A program made the position numbers and the translations under genes. 64,000 nt of DNA from Bacteroidota bacterium (GTDB lineage: Bacteria > Bacteroidota > Bacteroidia > Bacteroidales > UBA7960). The stretch covers positions 15,641 through 79,640 of the forward strand of contig JBBISA010000005.1 in assembly GCA_037441525.1 (NCBI GenBank). The letters are read 5' to 3'. This document shows, piece by piece, positions 46,369-57,295 of this stretch. The notes beneath the pieces are model-generated. The model did no database searches. It was not told the origin of the DNA and saw only the letters and a list, made by a program, of their open reading frames with translations. Every line of letters begins with the position of its first letter. The stretch's first letter is position 1.

Positions 46369-49300
46369 TCAGAATAAGGCCCTCAACTGCACTGTGCCTG
46401 TATGTATTGTGGTTACTCCGGGAGGTTTGCGTCCGTTGTAAATGAGAGAAAGTTGAAGGAAAGCATTAAGGTTTTGCTGCCAGTTTACATGCCATAGATG
46501 ATTGATACCCGGCCTTAGCCCCTGCAGCATATCAAATGCAAGGGGAGAGTTGGGGTCGTTATCATAACTGATCCGCTGCACCTGGTATCGCAGCTGAATG
46601 GTACCCCGGTTGGGTGAGTTGGTTCGATTTTCAAAGGTTATGCGTTGTGTGCGGGCTTGCTCACCACCAGTAATATTCTCCTGAAACTGGAAACCATACA
46701 TAAAACTGAACCTGGTGCGAAGGTTGGGTTGGTAGTTCACTGATGGCTCAGCCATCTTTTGCCGGATGGTAAAATTCCGGTTGGCAAAGAATTCCGACTC
46801 ACTTTTTCTTTCGCCCTCTTCTAACCATGCCAGGAAAGAATACTGTGTAGAAAAATTATACCGGAGCCGCAAACCGTTTGACCTGTTGGAGCGGCTTTCA
46901 AAACCATTGCTGAGCAAATTTTTATTGCGGTTGTCCTGCAAAGTCCACTCTAATGAATACCTGGGATTGTTGCGGTTAAAGAAGAGCGAATTGCGTAAAC
47001 TTGCCCCTAAGGTTATCAGAACCGTATCGCTGATATTGGTAAAAAATGGGTTGAAGTTTTCCCATGCCATACCTCCCTGACGTTTGTTGTTGATGCGATA
47101 ATTCAGCCTGTTGGAAAACAGTGATACAAATTTTCTTAATCCTTCCTTATTGCGCCATACAACTGCAGGGTCGAAATTAAGAGTGTGACTGATGGAACTG
47201 GAATAAACCGGGACAAACTCTTCCACCGGCACAAACACCCTGATAAAGTTGGCTTCATCGGGAAAGGGAGAAAGCTCAAACTCATCAAGTTCCATTATAT
47301 TATTGCCATTGTAATCTATCCAGATGTAAACACCTTGTCCTGGCGGGACTTCAATGTAGATAAACTCACGCTTTCTTTCCCTGCCGCTGGCAGTTTCATA
47401 AAACAGGGTTGATGTAATGGCCCCCTTTGCCAGCCGGGCGGTGTAGTCTCCGCGGGCATTAATGGTGCGTTCATTCTTTTCACCGGCAAACCTCACTTTG
47501 GTAACCTCCAGTTCACGATAAATCAACTGAATGGCTAAGCGATGATTACTGAACCTGTTCAATTGGTAATGCAATCCATAATCTTGCGACCTTGAGGCAT
47601 CATAAAAGCTTTTGCCCACGGGGAGTTTATCGCTTCTTACCCGATAAAACAGCCGGTACTCATCAGAAAAAGTGGCGGGTTGCGCCAGATAGAACTCAGC
47701 CTGGTTGAACCAGTTGCTCAACAGAGATAGACCGGCACCATTGGCGTCAAACCGCCGATTTTGCTCAATCAAGTGTTCAATGCCTATCCTGACAAAACCA
47801 AACGAACTCTCCCCCCCCGACCTGTGACGGTAAAAGTGTGAGCTTGCCTGTCCTGAAGTGGCAAGAATACTTCCGGCATAATAAAGCAGTTGATTTCGTG
47901 GTGTAAAACTGGTTTCCAGCACATTCATCACTCCCTGGTACTGCTGGCCGAGCAGCAGGCTTTTTAAACTGTATCTGGCGGTAAAAAGTCCGGATTTTTC
48001 GCCACTTAGCATTAAGGCAGGAAGATGACCCTCGGCCCGGGCCAATTTTGGTGGCAGGTTCCAGTCGCGTTCAAATTCCACTTCCCTGAATCGCTCAATG
48101 GCATTAAACTGTTTGCTGGTGTATTCCCACGACAGGTTGCTCTTCCATTTCCAGTTTTCCACTGATTTTCCTCCCCACAAACCATTGGTTTCAATCATGA
48201 ATGCATGCCCAAGGTTGTCCTTCTTATCCATGTCGGAGAAAAGGTTTATGTCGAGATTAGACAGGGCATATTCCCATCGGGTGGAAATAGTATTGGTTAC
48301 AACGGCATCGCCCCTCAGGGTGAGCATTTGCTGTTTTCTGGGTGTGACAAGCAGAACCACCGGCTCGTGAGTGCCTTGCGAAATGCCATTGACAGGTTCA
48401 ACCCATGCGAAGACTCTTCCGTTGGCGGCAGAATTGATCTGCCGGTAATTGCCATTGCCCTGCCCCACTTGGGTGAATACAGGCTGATAAAATGCCTGTG
48501 CAGGATCGATGGAATAGACGAAAACCTTTTCATAGCCCAGACTATCGACCAAACGGTACATTACTCTGTTGTTGCGGAATGTAATGCTATCGAACTGCAG
48601 GTCGGTGGCCTTATGGATACTATCACCAACCGATGCCATAAGTGCCCTGCGTTCGCCCGAAAGTTCCTGAAACAAAGGCTGGTTGGGATGGTCTTGTTCG
48701 CTGAAAAAATTAATCCGTACTGTGGCTTTTTTATAAGAAAGAGTGGCGCCGGTGAAAATGGCAGACCTTGCAAAATTACGCTCAGCATATTCAAATTCGG
48801 CAATAATACGGCTATCGCGGGTGATTTTAATTCTGGGCATAAAGCTGAGTTCGGCAGTGTTGTAATCAATCACATAATCGCGGTCCATCCCTCTCTGCAT
48901 AAGGCGGCCATCAATAAAAATCCTTTCGGTACCTGCCAGGATAAGAATGAAGGATTCGTTCTGGCTTCCCATCAACCTGTAAGGCCCCTGATTGCCTTCA
49001 ACACCCTGAATTGAATTACGCGCATACTTGCCCCTGGCAATGGCGCCTGCAGCGATTGCAGACAGTCTTCCGCCAAAAATAATAGCAGAATCAGATTTCT
49101 CGCTGTCCCATGAAACCATACCCCCTCTTAATTTTCTGCTCATGTTTAGAAAATGCCCGGGCGCGCGGCCCATCTCAAAATCGCCAGCAGTAAGCGAAGC
49201 ACCATATCCATCCAACTTTATAAAAACCTTGTCGAAATCCTGCAATTGTTGGGTGGTACCATCGGGCTGAAAGGGAATATTCTGGTCTGATACAACGGCC

Positions 49301-49872
49301 AAAATAGAAATCTGGTCGGTAAGTGCACCGTTGAGTTGCAGATTCATGGCAGATTTAAGGACGGGGTTCTGACGATTGCCCAGTGTAAGTCCTCTGGTAA
49401 TACTACCCGAGCTCTCCAAACCTTCAAAGCTTATTAGCCCCTGGTCGGGCAAAGGTGAACCAAAAGTTTCGAAAATAAGCTCCTCTCCTAATCCGGGAGT
49501 TCTAATCAACGATGTATCGCGAAGGAAAACCGGCGCTGCCAGATTAAATGGCCAAACCTGGTACTCTACCCTTAGGCTGTCATTTTCAAAATCATCGGGC
49601 AGGATGAGCCGCAGAAATGTTGTAACAGGGTTTAATTCAAAAAATGCATCATTTAGTTCCTGCCCCTGTGCATCAAATATCCTGAAAGTACCCGGAATAA
49701 TGGTTAATGTATCAAGTTGCCTGATGGCAGGCGTGGCGGCAATACTAAATCTGCGTTGAGGTGGCTGCTCTTCTGCCCGCATACAGGGCAGAAATGCCAT
49801 TAAAACTACAAACAGCAGAATTGTTGCTCTCAAAGGCAGGTGAATTGAAGATTCAATGGTACTAAAATACAA
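46369..49872 (-). CDS. Large hypothetical outer-membrane protein (predicted beta-barrel, C-terminal Phe)
   Basis: 1167 aa. N-terminal hydrophobic signal, long stretches of alternating beta-strand pattern, and a C-terminus ...TVQLRALF typical of OMP barrels. No TonB box or plug motifs are visible. The start (TTG at 49872) is uncertain. Confidence 0.6.
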   Translation of the reverse strand: MYFSTIESSIHLPLRATILLFVVLMAFLPCMRAEEQPPQRRFSIAATPAIRQLDTLTIIPGTFRIFDAQGQELNDAFFELNPVTTFLRLILPDDFENDSLRVEYQVWPFNLAAPVFLRDTSLIRTPGLGEELIFETFGSPLPDQGLISFEGLESSGSITRGLTLGNRQNPVLKSAMNLQLNGALTDQISILAVVSDQNIPFQPDGTTQQLQDFDKVFIKLDGYGASLTAGDFEMGRAPGHFLNMSRKLRGGMVSWDSEKSDSAIIFGGRLSAIAAGAIARGKYARNSIQGVEGNQGPYRLMGSQNESFILILAGTERIFIDGRLMQRGMDRDYVIDYNTAELSFMPRIKITRDSRIIAEFEYAERNFARSAIFTGATLSYKKATVRINFFSEQDHPNQPLFQELSGERRALMASVGDSIHKATDLQFDSITFRNNRVMYRLVDSLGYEKVFVYSIDPAQAFYQPVFTQVGQGNGNYRQINSAANGRVFAWVEPVNGISQGTHEPVVLLVTPRKQQMLTLRGDAVVTNTISTRWEYALSNLDINLFSDMDKKDNLGHAFMIETNGLWGGKSVENWKWKSNLSWEYTSKQFNAIERFREVEFERDWNLPPKLARAEGHLPALMLSGEKSGLFTARYSLKSLLLGQQYQGVMNVLETSFTPRNQLLYYAGSILATSGQASSHFYRHRSGGESSFGFVRIGIEHLIEQNRRFDANGAGLSLLSNWFNQAEFYLAQPATFSDEYRLFYRVRSDKLPVGKSFYDASRSQDYGLHYQLNRFSNHRLAIQLIYRELEVTKVRFAGEKNERTINARGDYTARLAKGAITSTLFYETASGRERKREFIYIEVPPGQGVYIWIDYNGNNIMELDEFELSPFPDEANFIRVFVPVEEFVPVYSSSISHTLNFDPAVVWRNKEGLRKFVSLFSNRLNYRINNKRQGGMAWENFNPFFTNISDTVLITLGASLRNSLFFNRNNPRYSLEWTLQDNRNKNLLSNGFESRSNRSNGLRLRYNFSTQYSFLAWLEEGERKSESEFFANRNFTIRQKMAEPSVNYQPNLRTRFSFMYGFQFQENITGGEQARTQRITFENRTNSPNRGTIQLRYQVQRISYDNDPNSPLAFDMLQGLRPGINHLWHVNWQQNLNAFLQLSLIYNGRKPPGVTTIHTGTVQLRALF

Positions 49873-49914
49873 ATAACCTCACTGGCTTCAACCTGCATTA
49901 AACACAGAAAACTG

Positions 49915-51585
49915 TCAGAATAATCCGGTAATATTTCCCTGATTATCAATGTCAATTTTCTCAGCCGAGGGATTGGTAGGCAGCCCGGGCATTCGCATCA
50001 TGGTTCCGGCAATAGGAATAATAAAACCTGCTCCGGCAGCAACCTCAAACTCGCGTATCTTGACGGTGAAATTGCGCGGACGACCCAATTTATGGGCATC
50101 GTCGGAGAGCGACTTCTGGGTTTTTGCCACACAAACAGGGAGTTTATCCAAGCCAATTTTTTCAAACAAATCCATTTGTTCCTTGGCTTTAACGGTGTAT
50201 TCTACATGGTCGGCACCATAGAGTTTAGTTGCAATGATGTGGAGCTTTTTTTCAATATCCCAGTTAAAATCGTAAAGGGGTTTAAACCCATGTGCACTGT
50301 TTTCGGCAATATCCTTAACCAGTTGGGCAAGCTCAAGGGTTCCTTCTCCACCCTTTGCCCATCCTTCGCAAATGGCAACAGGTACATCCAGTTCTCTGCA
50401 CCATTCCATTAAATAACGCAGTTCTTCGTTACTGTCGGTAAGAAATCTGTTGATGGCAACAACCGGTTTTACCCCAAAATGGCGGATGTTTTCAATATGT
50501 TTTTCAAGATTAGGGATACCTTTTTCGAGTGCCGAAACCGAGGGTTCGCCGAGCTGGCTCATTTTTACCCCACCATGATATTTCAATGCTCTGACAGTGG
50601 CTACTATCACCGAAACCCTTGGAAAAAGTCCACCATACTGACACTTGATGTTCATAAACTTTTCGGCTCCAAGTTCGGAAGCAAAACCGGCCTCAGTAAC
50701 AACATAATCAGAGAGTGAAAGCCCCATTTTTGTGGCAATTAGCGAATTGGTACCCTGGGCAATATTGGCAAACGGACCGCCATGGATAATAGCAGGATTG
50801 CCTTCTATGGTTTGCACTAAGTTGGGCATAATAGCATATTTCATAAGTGCGGCCATAGCACCCTGGGCATGCAAATCGCGCGCATACACGGGTATGTCGT
50901 CATAGGTATAGCCCACGAGAATATTTCCAAACTTAGCTTTAAGGTCTTCAATATTTTTAGCAAGGCACAGGGCAGCCATTACTTCCGATGCAGCCGTAAT
51001 ATCGAATCCTGTTTGCCGGGGAATACCCTGAACCGGTCCCCCCAACCCAATAACCGTTTCACGCAGTGAGCGGTCGTTCATATCCATTACCCTTTTCCAC
51101 ATTATCTTCCGGGGATCGAGGTTAAGGACATTTCTGCGGCTTTGCAGATGGTTATCAATTAAAGCTGCAAGCAGGTTGTGTGCCTTTTCAACAGCCGACA
51201 TATCGCCGGTAAAATGGAGGTTTATATCTTCCATAGGTAAAACCTGAGAATAACCTCCGCCTGCGGCTCCGCCCTTGATACCGAAAACCGGCCCCAGTGA
51301 AGGCTCGCGCAATACTACGGTAGCTTTAACGCCAAGTTTATTAAGACCTTCGGTAAGCCCAATACTGGTAGTGGTTTTACCTTCGCCTGCCGGAGTGGGT
51401 GTAATAGCAGTTACAAGTATCAGTTTTTTGTTTTTAATTTTTTTTTCGTCGATAAGGCTCAACGGAAGCTTGGCAATATATTTTCCAAAATAATGAAGTT
51501 CTGATTCGTTTACACCGAGTTTTGAAGCAATCTGCTGGATGGGCGTCATGGCAACTCCCCTCGCAATATCCAGATCGGTTTTCAT
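49915..51585 (-). CDS. fhs: Formate--tetrahydrofolate ligase
   Basis: 556 aa. TPTPAGEGKTTTSIGL P-loop and EPSLGPVFGIKGGAAGGGY. Confidence 0.97.
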   Translation of the reverse strand: MKTDLDIARGVAMTPIQQIASKLGVNESELHYFGKYIAKLPLSLIDEKKIKNKKLILVTAITPTPAGEGKTTTSIGLTEGLNKLGVKATVVLREPSLGPVFGIKGGAAGGGYSQVLPMEDINLHFTGDMSAVEKAHNLLAALIDNHLQSRRNVLNLDPRKIMWKRVMDMNDRSLRETVIGLGGPVQGIPRQTGFDITAASEVMAALCLAKNIEDLKAKFGNILVGYTYDDIPVYARDLHAQGAMAALMKYAIMPNLVQTIEGNPAIIHGGPFANIAQGTNSLIATKMGLSLSDYVVTEAGFASELGAEKFMNIKCQYGGLFPRVSVIVATVRALKYHGGVKMSQLGEPSVSALEKGIPNLEKHIENIRHFGVKPVVAINRFLTDSNEELRYLMEWCRELDVPVAICEGWAKGGEGTLELAQLVKDIAENSAHGFKPLYDFNWDIEKKLHIIATKLYGADHVEYTVKAKEQMDLFEKIGLDKLPVCVAKTQKSLSDDAHKLGRPRNFTVKIREFEVAAGAGFIIPIAGTMMRMPGLPTNPSAEKIDIDNQGNITGLF

Positions 51586-51610
51586 AATAGAAATTGTTGA
51601 ATTTGTAATA

Positions 51611-51640
51611 AAAACGAAAAATTCCCGCTTTTTTCGGGAA
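51611..51640 (-). terminator. Rho-independent terminator downstream of the GH16-like gene
   Basis: A 6-bp stem (ttcccg 51622-51627 with cgggaa 51635-51640) followed on the minus strand by TTTTTCGTTTT. Confidence 0.45.
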
Positions 51641-51783
51641 CGGGCAAAGATAAGGGGAAATGAAGTTCGAATTTCCCATAAAAGATTTATTTTTAAATTA
51701 AACCAAAAAGCTCTTTAGTGTTAAATTGGCTTAAGAATGAATGGGATAGGTTGTCTGAAAATGACAGCACAAGTAATTGTCTT

Positions 51784-53196
51784 TCAGGGCTTATAGGGAG
51801 TATAGTCGAACCTTGCAATGGTAAATATTTCTGATTTATCAGTTTTTGGGGTTATGCCTCTGAACAGCCAAATATTAAAAAACAAACGCAACCCATCAGC
51901 TTTGGGAATATGCTCTCCGGCATACTGCCATTGGGCAATGATTCTCCCTTCGGGGGCTTCTTCGTAATGGCCATGCCAGCTGGTAAAAATAATCTGGTCG
52001 GGGCTCCATTCAATACGGTGGGTAGTATAGGAACCAGTGGTTAGAATCGGAAAAACGAATTGGTTTCCGGGTTGATCGGCTGGTTGTACAACATAGTTGC
52101 CAAACTGGTAATTGTCCTTGTCGCCCCAGCGGCTGAATTCAATATCAATCTCATTGTTTTCGTCGCGATAGAGAAATATGGCTGCAACTACGTGTGGGTC
52201 AAATTCTTCGGGATGGGCATCAATGTAAAACGTGTAGGTGCCATATCCGAATGTTTCCCTTGAAATAACCTCTGTTGCGTACCAGCGGTCATTTTCGGCA
52301 GGCGACAAAGTAAGATTTAGCCTTTCACGCCCGTCTATCCACACATGGTTGGTATCATTGGTCCAGTAGTTTCTGCCAGGATTCCCAAAACCTGCCTTTA
52401 CATCCCAGTTATAACCCGAAAATTTAACTGTACGGTGCTTTGTGGTTACAAAAAACATAGGTTCGCCTGACCAGTCCCAGCAATCAGTCCATTGGTTAAA
52501 TTGCTGCCTTGCAAAAACCCCGGCTGCGAAATGATATTCCCCAGCCTTTTCGGCCTTAAAGGTAAAATAAGCCTGACCCCGGCTTTGAGATGGATTGAGG
52601 GTTATTTCGCGATCATATCGGCTGATTTTCCCGGTTACAATGTTCTTAAGCATCAAGGTTACCCTAACACGCAGAGCCAGCAGTGAAGGGTTGTTGATAA
52701 AAACGTAAGCTGAAAGTTCATCGTTTTCCTGCAAGGAAGGGTTTGCAATATTGTTTTGCCGGAAAGAAACTTTCACATCGCTTATGAAAGGCATATTTCT
52801 CACAAAAATGAATTCATTTTTATCATGGGTAATTTCTTCGTTATCCCATACCCCCCAAAGTTCGCTGGCATTATTGAATGCCTGACTATTGCTTTGATGG
52901 AACCCAGATATTACATATCCTGGCCCCACCGGAATATCTGAAAACCCCGCCATGGCATCGAGGGTTTGCGATTGCTGGCTAAACCGACGCCGTTCTATTT
53001 TAACCAACCCATTGGAACCGGGTGCAGCCTTGTTTCCCTGGGGTATATTTTTTAGGTGGATAAGTACTCTTTCTACAGTATCGGCTCGAAAACGCAAATC
53101 ACCCTCCTGTGAATATAATCTCGAGATTCCGGAAACATAAAACATCGACATACCAAGGTAAATAAGTAATACCTGCCAGTTTCGGAATGGGTTCAT
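51784..53196 (-). CDS. GH16-like (concanavalin-A-like glucanase fold) protein with an N-terminal domain of unknown function
   Basis: Trimmed to the ATG at 53194-53196 (MNPFRNWQVLLIYLGMSMFYVSG, a signal or anchor); the track start at 53262 is TTG. The C-terminal domain carries NEIDIEF, matching the GH16 catalytic ExDxE pattern. Confidence 0.7.
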   Translation of the reverse strand: MNPFRNWQVLLIYLGMSMFYVSGISRLYSQEGDLRFRADTVERVLIHLKNIPQGNKAAPGSNGLVKIERRRFSQQSQTLDAMAGFSDIPVGPGYVISGFHQSNSQAFNNASELWGVWDNEEITHDKNEFIFVRNMPFISDVKVSFRQNNIANPSLQENDELSAYVFINNPSLLALRVRVTLMLKNIVTGKISRYDREITLNPSQSRGQAYFTFKAEKAGEYHFAAGVFARQQFNQWTDCWDWSGEPMFFVTTKHRTVKFSGYNWDVKAGFGNPGRNYWTNDTNHVWIDGRERLNLTLSPAENDRWYATEVISRETFGYGTYTFYIDAHPEEFDPHVVAAIFLYRDENNEIDIEFSRWGDKDNYQFGNYVVQPADQPGNQFVFPILTTGSYTTHRIEWSPDQIIFTSWHGHYEEAPEGRIIAQWQYAGEHIPKADGLRLFFNIWLFRGITPKTDKSEIFTIARFDYTPYKP

Positions 53197-53636
53197 AGCC
53201 TGATTTAAAATAACGGGCGAAAGGTAGTAATTTTTGCTTACAGGAGGGATGGAAAAAACCAAGCGGGTTGATTATTAATACTTTTTCCTGAATTCGATAC
53301 TCAACTTTCGTGGTTTATTGATTATATCTGCCACACATTTGGCTTTGATTATCGAAATTATCAACTTGCTTATTCCAATTTTTAAAAGATATTCTCCAAT
53401 ATTGATTTTTATTCGCATAATCACAGAACTTTGCAGTAAATACCTTCCCCTTTTAAGAATTGCTTTATCTTTCTTTTCTAAATTGAAAACTAAACACCAA
53501 ACAAGGTTACTTTCGGATAGATTATACATGAAAATGAGTGAATAGTAACACAAGTTCAGCAAATGCAGTTAAAACAATTAATCAACAAGGGTATTTTCCA
53601 ATAAATTTCCCACAAACACAACCCTACTCCCCAAAT

Positions 53637-56201
53637 ATGACAATACCAAAGTTTAATTCAACTATTTATATTATCGTTTTAGTGATTATCACTTTTATGC
53701 CTGGTTGCAATCGTTCAACACGTAGCTTTTTCCACGAAGGGGTATCGGCCGAACTGGCCCGCTACCGTGCCCGTCAGATCTATGATGTGGCTTACGATCT
53801 CTTCTTTTCCATCCCCGAAAACAAAGAAGAACCATTAACAGGCAAAGCAATCATCAGTTTTAAGCCCCTAAAGGCACAACATGGCCTTATTATCGATTTC
53901 GCACCTGGCGATGATTATATCCATTCGGTTTTGGTAAACGGGCAACCCAAACAATACCGGGCAATGAACGGCCATATTTATCTTGATGCCGGACTATTGG
54001 TTCCGCGCCAGTTAAATACCATCGAAATAGATTTTACGGCTACCGATCAGGCCCTGAACCGGTCAGATGAGTTTATGTACACCCTGTTTGTCCCCGACCG
54101 GGCTTCAACTGCCTTCCCCTGCTTCGACCAGCCCGATATCAAAGCTCCCTTTTCTCTTACGCTCGAAATACCTGCCGCATGGAATGCCTTAAGCAACGCA
54201 CCCGAAACCAGCACATCAGAATCTGTGGGAAGAAAAAACATAAAGTTTGAATCTCCCAAGCCTATCCCCACCTATCTTTTTGCATTTACTGCCGGCAGGT
54301 TCGAAATCGCGAAAGAAACCCGCAATGGCCGAAGCATAAGGATTTTTCATCGCGAAACAGATATAGCAAAGGTTGCCAGGAACATCCCTTCCATATTCGA
54401 CCAGCACTTCCATTCGTTGCAATGGCTTGAAAATTACACGGATATTCCCTACCCTTACGATAAGTTCGATATGGCTGTATTGCCAGGCTTTCAGTATAGT
54501 GGGATGGAACATCCGGGTGCCGTGTGGTACAGCGATACCCGACTGCTCATTGACGAAAATGCTCCCCTGGCAACGGTGATGCGCAAAGCTACTCTTATTG
54601 CGCACGAAACAGCCCACATGTGGTTTGGCAATCTGGTTACCATGAAATGGTTCGACGATGTGTGGCTTAAGGAAGTGTTTGCTGGTTTCATGGCCGATAA
54701 GATGATAGAAGAGCTTTTCCCCGATGAAAACCACATGCTGCAGTTCATCCTTAACCACTACCCGCGGGCTATGGCGGTCGATCGCTCCCAGGGTACCCAT
54801 CCCATTAAGCAGGAACTTACCAACATGAAACTGGCCGGTACACTCTATGGCGCAATTATCTACAATAAGGCGCCTATCGTTTTTCAGCAGCTCGAAAAAA
54901 TAATGACCCCTGAACATTTCCGCTCAGCAGTAAGGGAGTACCTGGCCACTTTTGCACATGGCAACGCCACTTGGGACGATTTGGCAGCCATTTTCGACCA
55001 ACATACCCAACATAATATAGGCCAATGGAGCCAGGCCTGGGTTTACGGGTCGGGGATACCAAAAATAAACCACCAAATCCAGGATAAAACGGTAATATTA
55101 GAACAAGAAAACAAACACGGCAATAAAAACTTCCCGGCTCAATGGCTTGGTTTATCTATTCCCGGGAGCAACAGAAACCGCCAGAACAAAGAAATATGGC
55201 TTGAAAAAAGCCCCTTTACCATAACTGTTGATTCGCTTTATGACGGAGCCCTGATACTAAATGGTGCCGGAATCGGATATGGTATTTTCGGGTGGAATGA
55301 TAAGGAAATCAGATACATAAACCAAAATCTGCTATGCACAGATGATGATGTTTTGCGGGCAATGGTTTACATGAACCTCTGGGAGAACTTTCTGGATGGG
55401 CAAATACAATCCTTGTTTTTCCAGCAGCAACTTACCCATGCAATCAACTGCGAAACCCATCCCCTTCTCATAAATTACCTGTTGAGCAACCTGCGCACCT
55501 GGGCATTCAGTTTTCCGGAATATGCCGCCAGCAAAGCGCTCCAAGCCGAAATTGAAGAATTATTGTGGACCAGATTGCTCAGTGCCCCGGCCAACATCAC
55601 TGAAACATGGTTCGAAACGTGGATAAGCCTTGCACGAACCGACATATCAACCTCCCGAATGGCAGATATATACAAAGGCAATCTGAATGTTGGCCACCTT
55701 GCCCTTTCCGATAACCTGCATACACAACTTGCATTTGAATATTCTGTAAGGAAAAAAGATGATTCTTCATTAATTACTGCTGAACTTCAGCGGATAAAAA
55801 ATCCGGACCGGCTCAGGCGGTTACAGTTTATTTTGCCAGCCGTTTCAGGTGATGAGCAGTTGCGGCAGGAGTTTTTTAGGTCGCTGCAAAATCCTGCCAA
55901 CCGCCGACCCGAGCCATGGGTGCTCGATGCACTATATTTCCTGCATCACCCTGCCCATCCATCTCAGGGCAAGGATTTGATAAAGAAAAGCCTTGAAATG
56001 ACCCTGGAAATACAACAAACCGGCGATATTTTCTTCCCACTGAACTGGCTGCAGGCAACCCTTCAGAACTACAATGACCCTGAAGTAGCCAGATGGGTAA
56101 GGGATTACCTTAATAACCACCCTGAGCTGCCAGCCAACCTGCGACTAAAAGTACTTCAGGCTGCTGATATGATTTTTCGTTCGACAGGCAAAGATAAATG
56201 A
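53637..56201 (+). CDS. M1-family aminopeptidase (aminopeptidase N-like) lipoprotein
   Basis: Trimmed to the ATG at 53637 (MTIPKFNSTIYIIVLVIITFMPGC, a lipobox); the track start is GTG at 53538. GMEHPG exopeptidase-motif variant and HETAHMWFGNLVTMKWFDDVWLKE (HExxH-x18-E). Confidence 0.9.
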   Translation: MTIPKFNSTIYIIVLVIITFMPGCNRSTRSFFHEGVSAELARYRARQIYDVAYDLFFSIPENKEEPLTGKAIISFKPLKAQHGLIIDFAPGDDYIHSVLVNGQPKQYRAMNGHIYLDAGLLVPRQLNTIEIDFTATDQALNRSDEFMYTLFVPDRASTAFPCFDQPDIKAPFSLTLEIPAAWNALSNAPETSTSESVGRKNIKFESPKPIPTYLFAFTAGRFEIAKETRNGRSIRIFHRETDIAKVARNIPSIFDQHFHSLQWLENYTDIPYPYDKFDMAVLPGFQYSGMEHPGAVWYSDTRLLIDENAPLATVMRKATLIAHETAHMWFGNLVTMKWFDDVWLKEVFAGFMADKMIEELFPDENHMLQFILNHYPRAMAVDRSQGTHPIKQELTNMKLAGTLYGAIIYNKAPIVFQQLEKIMTPEHFRSAVREYLATFAHGNATWDDLAAIFDQHTQHNIGQWSQAWVYGSGIPKINHQIQDKTVILEQENKHGNKNFPAQWLGLSIPGSNRNRQNKEIWLEKSPFTITVDSLYDGALILNGAGIGYGIFGWNDKEIRYINQNLLCTDDDVLRAMVYMNLWENFLDGQIQSLFFQQQLTHAINCETHPLLINYLLSNLRTWAFSFPEYAASKALQAEIEELLWTRLLSAPANITETWFETWISLARTDISTSRMADIYKGNLNVGHLALSDNLHTQLAFEYSVRKKDDSSLITAELQRIKNPDRLRRLQFILPAVSGDEQLRQEFFRSLQNPANRRPEPWVLDALYFLHHPAHPSQGKDLIKKSLEMTLEIQQTGDIFFPLNWLQATLQNYNDPEVARWVRDYLNNHPELPANLRLKVLQAADMIFRSTGKDK

Positions 56202-56350
56202 TTATTACCCTTAACTACTCTTTTCTGAAAGGTCGTAAACACAATCTTCCTTAACTCAGGTATTACATTTTATAACGAACTTGTTGAAGACACAGATTCC
56301 ATTAACCGAATGTCAATAAAGAGTAAGACCAAATCTGTAAATATCTGGTT

Positions 56351-57187
56351 TTAAGCTTCTTCATCGCGTTGCTTGTTTACCCTGCGCGATACACCGATGG
56401 AAATTTCATAAAGTATGTAAAGGGGAATTCCTACCAATATCTGGCTAAAAACATCGGGTGGAGTAATAATAGCCGATACAACGAGTATGAGGATGAATGC
56501 AGTTTTCCGGTTACGTTTCATGAATTCGGGAGTAAGCAACCCAACCCGGCTCAGAAAGTAAACAATTACCGGAAGTTCGAATACAATTCCTGTGGCAAAA
56601 GTTACCACAGTAACCGTTGAAATATAAGACTTTAGAGCCACTTGATTGGCCACCAGGCTGCTGACCTGGTATCCGCCCAGAAAATTGATAGTGAGCGGGG
56701 CAATTATAAAGTAACTGAAACAAACCCCTGATAAAAACAGAAATGAAGTAATAAAAACTGCACCCCGGCTATTGGCTTTTTCGTTAGGATGCAACGCGGG
56801 CATTATGAACCGCCAGAATTCCCAGAGAATATAAGGAAAAGCAACAATTACCCCTGCTATAAGCGATACCACAATATGGGTTTTAAACTGGCCTGCCAGG
56901 TCGATATTAATAAGTTGCACAGGGTTTTGATTGATACACAGTGCCGGAGTGTTGACCATTTCTGCCAGTTGACAAAGCAGCCTGTTGGTAATAAACCAGG
57001 GCTCTTTGGGGGCAAGAATAATCAGGTCAAAGATTATTTCTTTGGCAATAAAGGCGCCTATGGCAAATATAACTATGGCAATGGCTGAGCGCACAAGATG
57101 TCCGCGTAGTGCTTCCAGATGCCCCCAGAAGGACATGGTATCCTTTTCTTTTTCATTTTCCTTGGGGTTGTTTTCCTTTTTACTCAC
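56351..57187 (-). CDS. tatC: Twin-arginine translocase subunit TatC
   Basis: 278 aa, six TM helices. The N-terminal MSFWGHLEALRxxL is the conserved TatC start motif. Confidence 0.9.
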   Translation of the reverse strand: MSKKENNPKENEKEKDTMSFWGHLEALRGHLVRSAIAIVIFAIGAFIAKEIIFDLIILAPKEPWFITNRLLCQLAEMVNTPALCINQNPVQLINIDLAGQFKTHIVVSLIAGVIVAFPYILWEFWRFIMPALHPNEKANSRGAVFITSFLFLSGVCFSYFIIAPLTINFLGGYQVSSLVANQVALKSYISTVTVVTFATGIVFELPVIVYFLSRVGLLTPEFMKRNRKTAFILILVVSAIITPPDVFSQILVGIPLYILYEISIGVSRRVNKQRDEEA

Positions 57188-57242
57188 AATGTTGGTAGTT
57201 TTTTTTGAAGGTGCTAAATTAATACTCTTCCATTACACCTTT

Positions 57243-57250
57243 CAAAATTA
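57243..57250 (-). promoter_or_regulatory. -7 box (TAATTTTG on the minus strand) for tatC
   Basis: The plus strand reads caaaatta, 56 nt upstream of the tatC ATG. Confidence 0.4.
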
Positions 57251-57295
57251 TTTTAAGGGATAGTTTTGTTGTTTCACTACAACGATTCCGGGCAT

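Noticed and set aside
48205-49014. Long antisense ORFs inside confidently called genes. The set is 48205..49014 (+, 269 aa), 59661..60434 (-, 257 aa), 54216..54917 (-, 233 aa), 37215..37739 and 37944..38423 (-), 41077..41568 (-), 28882..29394 (+), 62364..62885 (+) and 63064..63456 (-).
   Set aside because: Each lies entirely within, and opposite to, a gene with strong family motifs. Their products are low-complexity or Cys/His/Arg-rich in the way mirror-frame translations usually are. None has its own promoter box or a recognisable domain.
53275-53562. The overlapping 95-aa (-) and 75-aa (+) ORFs in the GH16/M1-peptidase divergent spacer.
   Set aside because: This is a very AT-rich promoter region. 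The two ORFs overlap each other on opposite strands, are Ile/Leu/Lys-rich as expected from AT-rich noise, and lack motifs. A small gene cannot be excluded without expression data.
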